Assembly: GCA_002269645.1 (NCBI GenBank)
Contig: NIVC01002700.1
Location: 17,505-81,504, forward strand
Length of the DNA: 64,000 bases
Source of the DNA: Macrostomum lignano
Lineage: Eukaryota
Direction of reading: 5' to 3'
The position numbers and the translations under genes are program-made. Below the pieces are notes generated by a model. That model was not told the origin of the DNA. It saw nothing but the letters and a program-made list of their open reading frames with translations, and searched no databases. Position 1 is the stretch's first letter; every line of letters begins with the position of its first letter. Below, piece by piece: positions 27,401-39,400 of this stretch.

Positions 27401-30400
27401 TCTACCAGAGTCTACTCTAAGCAAATCACTCCACCTAACATTAATATCCCTTTAGCTAGGCATATATCATATAGTCCTAAGTAACCTATACAGGCTATTC
27501 TCTCCCTCCTCGAATTGCCATATTAAGTAACCCAGAAACAGTGCAACAGCATTATCCTTACCAGCCGAGACTGCGTCCACATTGCCCGCCTTCTTCACGT
27601 TGCTATTGTTACTATCGTCCTCCTCGTTGCCGCTGGCTCCCAACAGATTAAAGATGATGCCAGCCTGCGAGTTGATGCCAACAGCCGTTACTACCATTTT
27701 ACCGGAGCCTTCCATCACGTTGGTGCCTGTTGGCAAGCGTTTTGGGCAAAGGGGGTGAATTGAAAATAATTAATGATTCTTAAGCTCGACATTTTCTCAA
27801 GCTCGAAACCTCTTAAGCTTGAGTCTTCTCAAGCCCAAATCTTCTCAAGCTCGAATCTTTTCAAAGCCGAAACTTCTCTCCAGCTCAAGTCTTCACAAGC
27901 TCGAGTCTTCTCAAACTCGAGTCTTCTCATGCTCTAAACTTTCACAAGCTCAAAGTTTTACTTTGCAAAAAACTCCTGCTAGTCTCTTTTCCGCTAGCTC
28001 ACAAATTAAAGTAATTTGACGATGTGAAATTTCTGATACCATTCACTATGATAAGAATTAATCTGGCTTTTTAGTTCCATCACTCATCACTGTGTCGAGA
28101 GTAGTCGTTGAACTTTTACGTGTTCCTGTGCTAGGCAGGGGCCATTCAGGGTTCAATAAGGCTGGGCGTCCAGGACCGGGCGTTTGGCGTTCACAAGCTA
28201 TCCCCTATCGTTCAATAGAACTCGCCCCTATCCATTAGGATCCGCCCCTACCCTCCGTTAGGACTCGCTACTACTCTCTATTAGAATCCGCCCCTACCCT
28301 CCATTAGAATCCGCCCTGCTCTCCATTACAATCCGGCCTTATCCTACATTACAACCCGCCCTAATCCTCCATTAGAATCCGCCAATACAGTCCATTAGAA
28401 TCCGCTCCCATCTTACATTAGGATCCGCCCCCATCGTACATTAGGATCCGCCCCATCCTACATTAGAATCCGCCCCTATCCTACATGAATCTGCCCCTAT
28501 CCTTCATTAGAATCTGCCCCTATCCTTAATTAGGATCCACCCCTACCCTCTATTAGAATCCGCCCCTATCCTACATTAGAATCCACCCCTACCTCTATTA
28601 GAATCCGCCCCCATCCTACATTAGAATCCGCCCCCATCCTACATTAGAATCCGCCCCTATCCTACATTAGAATCCGCCCCTACCCTCCATTAGAATCCGC
28701 CCCTATCCTACATTAGAATCCGCCCCTATCCTTCATTAGGATCCGCCCCTACCCTTTATTAGAATCCGCCCTTATTCTCCATTATGATCCATTGTGATAT
28801 GAAGTACTATGCCAATAGAACTAAAAAAAGCCAGGTTAATGAAAATACTACTTTAATAATAAAAAAATCCTAGTATTCTCTCAGAATAAAAAGCCTTTTT
28901 CATTATCTACCAAGATCGATGTGAAAAAAACAAAATTTGTCTAAAGAGCAAACGTGAGGAAAAGGGAACTGGGAAACTGGGAAAGGCGTGAAAATCTCGA
29001 TGCATTAGCTTACTCCGCTCGATGATTTTAAAGCAATGCGCATCAAATTAATTATCCAGTCGGATTAGGAAGACAGCCAGGCTAGCTGGACTCTCATACT
29101 CTCAACCCTCCCTCTCCCCCAGGCCCGTGCTGAGCACTCTCTGATATTGAGATGACGAAAAAGACACCAGCTCTAGGCTAAACTGAACTATTCCCAAAAC
29201 GGGACCGGCGGAGCAGCCGCTGGTGCTATCAAAATAGAAGGAACGAACTCAGGCGTGCGCGTGCATTGGGAATAATTGACTGTCGAAATTTCCCAGAACC
29301 GAATTCCCCTGAGTGAATAATTACTGACTGGCTGAGTGAATAGAATAATAGATAGAAATTCGGCTGTGCTGGATGGCGAAATCTCCCGAAGATTTGAGGA
29401 TAGTTAGGGGAATAATGAGAGCCCGATATTTGATAGACAGGGAGACACGCGAAATAGAGAGTAGTATTATGAACAAGTTTACACATGGAAAGAAAATACA
29501 ACAGCTAGTAAAATGGATATAGAGAGTAGAAAATATAGTAGAGTGATGGATAGAGTGAGTAGAAAAGAGAGTAGACAGTGATGGATAGAGAGAGTAGAAA
29601 AGAGGGTAGACTGATGGATAGAGAGAGCGGAAAAGAGAGTAGACACTGATGGATAGAGAGAGTAGAAAAGAGAGTAGACACTGATGGATAGAGAGAGCAG
29701 AAAAGAGAGTAGACACTGATGGATAGAGAGAGTAGAAAAGAGAGTAGACACTGATGGATAGAGAGAGTAGAAAAGAGAGTAGACACTGATGGATAGAGAG
29801 AGCAGAAAAGAGAGTAGACACTGATGGATAGAGAGAGTAGAAAAGAGAGTAGACACTGATGGATAGAGAGAGTAGAAAAGAGAGTAGACACTGATGGATA
29901 GAGAGAGTAGAAAAGAGAGTAGACACTGATGGATAGAGAGAGTAGAAAAGAGAGTAGACACTGATAGATAGATAGAGTAGAAAAGAGAGTAGACACTGAT
30001 GGATAGAGAGAGTAGAAAAGAGAGTAGACACTGATGGATAGAGAGCAGAAAAGAGAGTAGACACTGATGGATAGAGAGAGTAGAAAAGAGAGTAGACACT
30101 GATGGATAGAGAGAGTAGAAAAGAGAGTAGACACTGATAGATAGATAGAGTAGAAAAGAGAGTAGACACTGATAGATAGATAGAGTAGAAAAGAGAGTAG
30201 ACACTGATGGATAGAGAGAGTAGAAAAGAGAGTAGACACTGATGGATAGAGAGAGTAGAAAAGAGAGTAGACACTGATGGATAGAGAGAGCAGAAAAGAG
30301 AGTAGACACTGATGGATAGAGAGAGTAGAAAAGAGAGTAGACACGATAGAGAGAGTAGAAAAGAGAGTAGACACTGATAGATAGATAGAGTAGAAAAGAG

Positions 30401-33400
30401 AGTAGACACTGATGGATAGAGAGAGCAGAAAAGAGAGTAGACACTGATGGATAGAGAGAGCAGAAAAGAGAGTAGACACTGATGGATAGAGAGAGTAGAA
30501 AAGAGAGTAGACACTGATGGATAGAGAGCAGAAAAGAGAGTAGACACTGATGGATAGAGAGAGTAGAAAAGAGAGTAGACACTGATAGATAGATAGAGTA
30601 GAAAAGAGAGTAGACACTGATGGATAGAGAGAGCAGAAAAGAGAGTAGACACTGATGGATAGAGAGAGTAGAAAAGAGAGTAGACACTGATGGATAGAGA
30701 GAGCAGAAAAGAGAGTAGACACTGATGGATAGAGAGCAGAAAAGAGAGTAGACACTGATGGATAGAGAGAGCAGAAAAGAGAGTAGACACTGATGGATAG
30801 AGAGAGTAGAAAAGAGAGTAGACACTGATGGATAGAGAGAGTAGAAAAGAGAGTAGACACTGATGGATAGAGAGAGCAGAAAAGAGAGTAGACACTGATG
30901 GATAGAGAGAGCAGAAAAGAGAGTAGACACTGATGGATAGAGAGAGCAGAAAAGAGAGTAGACACTGATGGATAGAGAGAGTAGAAAAGAGAGTAGACAC
31001 TGATGGATAGAGAGAGTAGAAAAGAGAGTAGACACTGATGGATAGAGAGAGCAGAAAAGAGAGTAGACACTGATGGATAGAGAGAGCAGAAAAGAGAGTA
31101 GACACTGATGGATAGAGAGAGCAGAAAAGAGAGTAGACACTGATGGATAGAGAGAGCAGAAAAGAGAGTAGACACTGATGGATAGAGAGAGCAGAAAAGA
31201 GAGTAGACACTGATGGATAGAGAGAGCAGAAAAGAGAGTAGACACTGATGAATAGAGAGAGTAGAAAAGATAATAGATAGTAAAAAATGAATAGAGAGAG
31301 TAGAAAAGAGAGTAGAGTGATAAATAGAGATTGAAGAAGCGAGTTAAGACCCGATAAATCACACAGTTAGTACAAGAACCTCAGAGTGGTTTACTGAATC
31401 GAAAAGCATTAGCAAGCAATTCATTGCGCCGAATGATTTCCATACTCAGTCACTTAGCAACACATCCGTTCGGCACAAGAGGTGACAGAAATTTAAAGTG
31501 AGTGTGCTTGAAAAGGGCTTACAGAAAATCCCAATAAAAGTGCTAGTAAGTTTTTCCGTCAATCTAGCAGACAAAGCGGGCACAAAAAGCCCATTTGCTT
31601 AATGGAAATGCTTATTTTTAGGCTTTCTGAATCCCCTTTTTTTCATGGCGCACTACAAAGAGTACAGACAGGATGTTTAATCATTGAAAAAGGTTTTCTT
31701 GAATAGCTAGCCCGAGTTACGGTCTGGCTTTAAATCTGGTTTCATCTGTCCCTATGATGATCTCACACGATAGCAATATTTGGTAACGGCTTGATTTGCA
31801 GGGCAGAGAGTTACTCCTAAACTGTTCGAATCTTATTTAAATTTGCTTCTTATTGGCAGGTTTTACTAATTGCAGCTTGACAGACATAATCGGATTATAA
31901 ACTTCCTGGTTGATCGGTTATATCGTATATTGATTGAATGATTTATTGGTTGACTGATTGACTGACTGACTGACTGATTGACTGATTGATTGATTGAATG
32001 ATTAACTGACTGACTGACTGATTGATTGATTGATTGATTGAACGACTGACTGATCGATTGACTGATAGATAGATTGACTAACTGATTGACTAACTGATTG
32101 ACTGACTGATTGACTAACTGATTGATTGACTGACTGATTGACTGATTGATTGGTTGACTGATTGGTTGACTGATTGGTTGACTGATTGACTGACTGATTG
32201 ATTGACTGACTGATTGATTGACTAACTGATTGACTGACTTATTGACTGACTGATTGGTTGACTGATTGATTGATTGCTTTATTGATTTATTGATTGGATG
32301 ACTGATTGACTGATTGAGTGATTGATTGGTAGACTGATTGATTGATTGACTGATTGATTGGTAGATTAAATGACATAATTATCGATTGATAAGTTGCTTG
32401 ACAGAATGAATGATTAATGTTACAGTGAAACGCGGCCCTCACCGGACAGCAGCATCGGGTCGCGGTCTTCGCCCTTCTTCACGTGATCGCTCTCGCCAGT
32501 CAGGCTGCTCTCGTCCACCTTGAGGTCATTGCTCTGAATAATGATACCGTCAGCCGGCAGGGCGTCGCCGTATTTCACTTGGCAGATGTCGCCGACAACA
32601 ATGTCGCTAACCAGCACCTTGGACACCTGGCCCTCGCGGATGACATCGAACAGGTGCTCCTGCTCCAGCTTAGCCTGCAGTCCGCGGAACTGGCGCTCCT
32701 TGCTCCAATCGTTGAACGCGGTGACCAATACGACCACAATGACGGCTACGGCGATGGCGACGCCTTCAATCCAGCCGGCTTCTTCTTCGCTGTCGTCGCC
32801 GTGCTGCTCGCCAGGTTCCTTCTTGCGCACTGACGGGCGGTGGAGCGGAAAAGTGAGTATTTTTTTAAACTGTATTTTGCACAGACCAAAGCTAGGGGAG
32901 TTGCGCACCGCTGATGAAGAGCAGGAGAATGGACAATAAAACTAATGAAGGGGAAAAGGCCCCCTAATTGACAGTATATCAATATTTTCTACCAACAGAG
33001 AACGGGCTTCCAGTTAAAGCTTTAGGCAGACAGTAATGGAGAGTAGGGCGGATTCTAATGGAGGGTAGGGGCGGATACTAACAGAGGGTAGGGGCGGATT
33101 CTAATGGAGGGTAGGGCGGATTCTAATGGAGGGTAGGGCGGATTCTAATGAATGATAGGGCCGGATAATAACGGAGGGTAGGGACAGATTCTGGTGATAG
33201 AGGGTAGAGGCGGATACTACCGGAGGGTAGGGACGGATTTTAATGATGGAGGGTAGAGGCGGATACTAACAGAGGGTAGGGGCGGATTCTAATGGAGGGT
33301 AGGGGCGGATTCTAATGGAGGGTAGGGCGGATTCTAATAAAGAGTAGAGTCGGATTCTAATAAAGAGTAGAGTCGGATTCTAATAAAGAGTAGAGTCGGA

Positions 33401-36400
33401 TTCTAATAAAGAGTAGAGTCGGATTCTAATGAAGAGTAGAAGCAGATTCTAATGAAGAGTATAGGCGGATTCTAGTGAAGAGTAGAGACGGATTTTAATG
33501 AAGAGTAGAGGCGGATTTTAATAAAGAGCAGGGGCGGATTTTAATGAAGAGCAGGGGCGGATTCTAATGAAGAGTAGGGGCGGATTTTAATGAAGAGTAG
33601 AGGCGGATTTCTAATGAAGAGTATAGGCGGATTCTAATGAAGAGTATAGGCGGATTCTAATGAAGAGTAGAGGCGGATTCTAATGAAGAGTAGAGGCGGA
33701 TTCTAATGAAGAGTAGAGGCGGATTCTAATGAAGAGTAGAGGCGGATTCTAATGAAGAGTAGAGGCGGATTCTAATGAAGAGTAGAGGCGGATTCTAATG
33801 AAGAGTAGGGGCGGATTTTAATGAAGAGTAGGGGCGGATTTTAATTAAGAGTAGGGGCGGATTTTAATGAAGAGTAGGGGCGGATTTTAATTAAGAGTAG
33901 AGGCGGATTCCAATGAAGAGTAGAGGCAAATTCTAATGAAGAGTAGAGGCGAATTCTAATAAAGAGTAGGGGCGGATTCTAATGAAGAGTAGAGGCAGAT
34001 TCTAATGAAGAGTAGAGGCAGATTCTAATGAAGAGTAGAGGCGGATTCTAATGAAGAGTAGGGGCGGATTCTAATGAAGAGTAGGGGCGGATTCTAATGA
34101 AGAGTAGGGGCGGATTTTAATGAAGAGTAGGGGCGGATTTTAATTAAGAGTAGGGGCGGATTTTAATGAAGAGTAGGGGCGGATTCTAATGAAGAGTAGG
34201 GGCGGATTCTAATGAAGAGTAGGGGCGGAGGGTAGGGCGGATTCTAATGAAGAGTAGGGGCGGATTTTAATGAAGAGTAGGGGCGAATTATAATGGAAGG
34301 TATGAACTAAAGACTTATGGAAGAGAGAGATGACCCTTATAGAGGGGAGAAAGGATCTTAATTACTGGGAAATAAAGTGTACACTCAAGGTTGGATAATG
34401 AGGTATCAGACATGCGCGCCAAAGGATGTGTGGCCCAGAGAAAAAAAGAAGATTCGAAGACTCCATCCAGACTAAGAGCAGGCTTCAAGCCAAGGCCAGT
34501 GTAAAAAATATGAATATCAATCTACTAATTGATGCCAGGCAGTTATTTCTCATGCATGCAACAGCACGACCCATCGCTGCAGTAAGTGTTAAGTTAGTAA
34601 CAAGCCTACATAATTGAACAGAAGGGCTAAGAGTCTGAGTGACAAGTACTTCGTATCAATCCTGTAGAGTTGCGAATGTCTGAGAAGGCGACTTTCCTAG
34701 TGAAATCATCATCCAGCTCCATCTCTAAATCATTTCATCATCCTGCTTCATCTGTGATTGGTTTTCCATCAAACAGCTTCATCTGAGAATCATTTAATTA
34801 TCCAGCATCATCTGTGAATCATTTTATCATTCAGCTTCATCTGTGAATAATTAAATCATCCAGCTTCATTTGTGAATGACATTTCATCATCCAGCTTCAT
34901 CTGTGAATAGCATTTCATCATCCAGCTTCATCTGTGAATCATTTTATCATTCAGCTTCACCTATGAATGAAATTTCATCATCCAGCTTCATCTGTGAATG
35001 GAATTCCATCATCCAGCTTCATCTGTGAATGCAATTATATCATTCAGCTTCATCTGTGAATGGAATTTCATCATCCAGCTTCATCTGTGAATGGAATTTC
35101 ATCATCCAGCTTCATCTGTGAATAATTTAATCATCGAGCTTCATCTGTGAACAATGTCATTATCCAGCTTTATCTGTGAATCATTCTGTCATTTAGCTTT
35201 TTCAGTGAATTATCATATAGCTTCATCAGTAAACTATCACGCAGCTTCATAAATGAATTATCATCTAGCTTCATCAATGAATTATTGAAAAGTACATCAA
35301 CTCACGCATCTGGTACACGGAGATAGACAAGGACACCACTGCGCACACGATCAGCATAATCAGGGTGTAGTCCTGCATAGCCTCCAGCACCAGCTGCAGG
35401 AAAGTCTTCGGCGGCTTTGGAGGGATGACATTGGCGCCGAACACCTGCTGGCGACGCGGAATTTCGCTCGCTTTGATGCCTGAAAATCAAAAAGGGAAGA
35501 ATGATTAACTTCAGATTGTAACTCAATCCGCCTCTTTGCCCTCTAAATCTCACTGTCTAGCTACCTCTCTCAACCCTGAATCTCACTGTCTAGCTACCTC
35601 TCTCACCCCTAAATATCACCCTCTAGCTACCTCTCTCAACCCTGAATCTTACTGTTTAGCTATCTCTCTCTCACTGTCTAGCTACCTCTCTCAACCCTGA
35701 ATCTCACTGTTTAGCTATCTCTCTCACCCCTAAATATCACCCTCTAGCTACCTCTCTCAACCCTGAATCTTACTGTTTAGCTATCTCTCTCTCACTGTCT
35801 AGCTACCTCTCTCAACCCTGAATCTCACTGTTTAGCTACCTCTCTCTCTCACCCCTAAATCTCACTGTCTAGCTACCTCTCTCAACCCTAAATCTCACGG
35901 TCTAGCTACCTCTCTCTCCCTAAATCTCACCCTCTAGCTACCTCTCTCCCCTAAATCTCACCCTCTAGCTACCTCTCTCAACCCTGAATCTTACTGTTTA
36001 GCTACCTCTTTCTTACCCCTAAATCTCACTGTCTAGCTACCTCTCTCTCACCCCTAAATCTCACTGCCTAGCTACCTCTCGCCTCCTAAATCTACCTCTC
36101 TCAACCCTGAATCCCAAGTGTCTAGTTACCTCTCCCACCCCTAAATCTCACTCTCTAGCTACTTCTCAGTTTTTGTCTACTTCTCATATTCACATTATCA
36201 CATTGTTTAGCTACCTCTCCCAACCCTCCTAAATCTCTGTAGTATTAGCAGCTGTATATATATAGCACAATAGACCCTAGCAACTATGCAAGTCTAATAA
36301 TGGTGCATAATTCTTATTTGTATCGATCTAAAAAACCAATAGAACAGCCGGCGAGCGCTAGAAGCAACATTAAGTAGACCGAAAGAGGAGCGAGAGAGGA

Positions 36401-39400
36401 GAGTGCAGACAAGCGAGCATTAAGTAGATGGAATCGACAATTGACTACGAAGCGATTTAAGTGGAAAAGAACAGAGCCAGGCTAAAAATAGAAATACCGA
36501 TCCTACTCTTCAGTTTTGATTCCAGTTCAGACTAGAGTTGATGTGAAATTATTAGGAGATGCTACTATCTTTAATGATGATGCGGAAAGGAAATTTTTAA
36601 TTCTAGGTTAAATTATTTATGTAATATTCCTAATAATCTCTTAGGCATATTATAATACACAGAATAGTGCTGGGTTTGACTTAAAGACTGCTTAAAAATA
36701 TGAATTTCGCTTCCTAATTAAGGGATTTAGTTTCTAAACAAAGAATTAGTTTTCTAAATAGGGATTTAGTTTACTAACGAGGGATTACTTAGTTTCCTAA
36801 ATAGGGATTTAGTTTCCTGAATAGGGATTTATTTTCCTAAATAGGGATTTAGTTTCCTGAATAGGAATTTAGTTTCCTAAATAGGGATTTAGTTTCCTGA
36901 ATAGGAATTTAGTTTCCTGAATAGGGATTTAGTTTCCTGAATAGGAATTTAGTTTCCTAAATAGGGATTTAGTTTCCTGAATAGGGATTTAGTTTCATGA
37001 ATAGGGATTTAGTTTCCTGAATAGGGATTTAGTTTCCTGAATAGGGATTTAGTTTCCTGAATAGGGATTTAGTTTCCTGAATGGGGATTTATTTCCTGAA
37101 TAGGGATTTAGTTTCCTGAATAGGGATTTAGTTTCCTGAATAGGGATTTAGTTTCCTGAATAGGGATTTAGTTTCCTGAATAGGGATTTAGTTTCCTGAA
37201 TAGGGATTTAGTTTCCTGAATAGGGATTTAGTTTCCTGAATAGGGATTTAGTTTCCTGAATAGGGATTTAGTTTCCTGAATAGGGATTTAGTTTTCTAAA
37301 TAAGGGATTCAGTTTCCTGAATAGGAATTTAGTTTCCTGAATAGGGATTTAGTTTTCTAAATAGGGATTTAGTTTTCTAAATAAGGGATTCAGTTTCCTG
37401 AATAGGAATTTAGTTTCCTGAATAGGGATTTAGTTTCCTAAATAGGGGATTTAGTTTTCTAAATAAGGGATTCAGTTTCCTGAATGGGGATTTATTTCCT
37501 AAATAGGGATTTAGTTTACTAAATATGGATTTAGTTTCGTAACTAAGAAATTGTATCCAAATCCACTCCTACCTATCTATGTATTCCCAAACACGAATTC
37601 CAATTACCGCCCAATGGAGGGACTTCACAGATAAGAGCAGTTTTCCCAAGCAAAAAATCCTAGTCTAACTAAAAAAACACTGAGCACTTTTTGACAGCCA
37701 GAGGCGTTGGCAAATAGACAGTCTGCAAACAGTTCTCCTCTCCACCTACACAGTAAACAGGATGTGTTGCTAATAGCAACAAAGCGGATTCGAGAGGAAA
37801 ATACTGCCCAGCGGCTTAATGGCACTCATTAAAACGAGCCCATGTGAGAGAAAAACTACTCCAGAGTAGACTTGATACGCCCAAGGGAATGCAGTCCTAA
37901 TCGAAACCTACTAGGCTGGAAAACGGACACACAGGTTGCTAATTAATCTCGGCTGGACCTGAGTCAGTTGAGAGTCAGTTGAGTCAGACGGGGCTCATAT
38001 AATTTCTCAGGACTTTAGAAGTCTGACAAACTGAAAAAAGTCACTACGCTGCTCAGGATCGAAGCGGACTAATTAGAAGGTGAAGAAGAGAGCACAACAG
38101 GGCAGAGAGAGAGAGAGAGACGGTTGCCCAAAAAGATTGCTCTGTTTGACACTGATGAGCATGATGAAAATCCTTTTTCTTTTTGCCAGACAAGGAAACT
38201 GAAGAATTATCGGCTTTTTAAAGTTGAAGTCTTTGAACTTTATTGGAGAATTAATAAATCGATACCGTAGAGTACAAAGATTCACGCGTTGCTGACCAAT
38301 TTCTAAACAAATGAAATTATTGGTGAATCGGTAAAACTGGTGAATCTTTGAAATTAGTGAAATGGTGAATCTGTAAGATTGGTGAACTGGTGAATCTGTA
38401 AGATTGGTGAACTGGTGAATCTGTAAGATTGGTGAACTGGCGAATCTGTAAGATTGGTGAACTGGCGAATCTGTAAGATTGGTGAACTGGCGAATCTGTA
38501 AGATTGGTGAACTGGCGAATCTGTAAGATTGGTGAACTGGCGAATCTGTAAGATTGGTGAACTGGCGAATCTGTAAGATTGGTGAACTGGCGAATCTGTA
38601 AGATTGGTGAACTGGTGAATCTGTGAGATTGGTGAACTGGCGAATCTGTAAGATTGGTGAACTGGCGAATCTGTAAGATTGGTGAACTGGTGAATCTGTG
38701 AGATTGGTGAACTGGCGAATCTGAAAGATTGGTGAACTGGCGAATCTGTAAGATTGGTGAACTGGTGAATCTGTAAGATTGGTGAACTGGCGAATCTGTA
38801 AGATTGGTGAACTGGTGAATCTGTAAGATTGGTAAACTGGTGAATCTGTAAGATTGGTGAACTGGTGAATCTGTAAGATTGGTGAACTGGCGAATCTGTA
38901 AGATTGGTGAACTGGCGAATCTGTAAGATTGGTGAACTGGTGAATCTGTAAGATTGGTGAACTGGTGAATCTGTAAGATTGGTGAACTGGCGAATCTGTA
39001 AGATTGGTGAACTGGCGAATCTGTAAGATTGGTGAACTGGCGAATCTGTAAGATTGGTGAACTGGCGAATCTGTAAGATTGGTGAACTGGCGAATCTGTA
39101 AGATTGGTGAACTGGCGAATCTGTAAGATTGGTGAACTGGTGAATCTGTGAGATTGGTGAACTGGCGAATCTGTAAGATTGGTGAACTGGCGAATCTGTA
39201 AGATTGGTGAACTGGTGAATCTGTGAGATTGGTGAACTGGCGAATCTGAAAGATTGGTGAACTGGCGAATCTGTAAGATTGGTGAACTGGTGAATCTGTA
39301 AGATTGGTGAACTGGCGAATCTGTAAGATTGGTGAACTGGTGAATCTGTAAGATTGGTAAACTGGTGAATCTGTAAGATTGGTGAACTGGTGAATCTGTA

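Noticed and set aside
29321-31362. Three 556-629 aa ORFs on the minus strand
   Set aside because: Pure translation of a 35-bp intronic minisatellite that lacks stops; no unique sequence.
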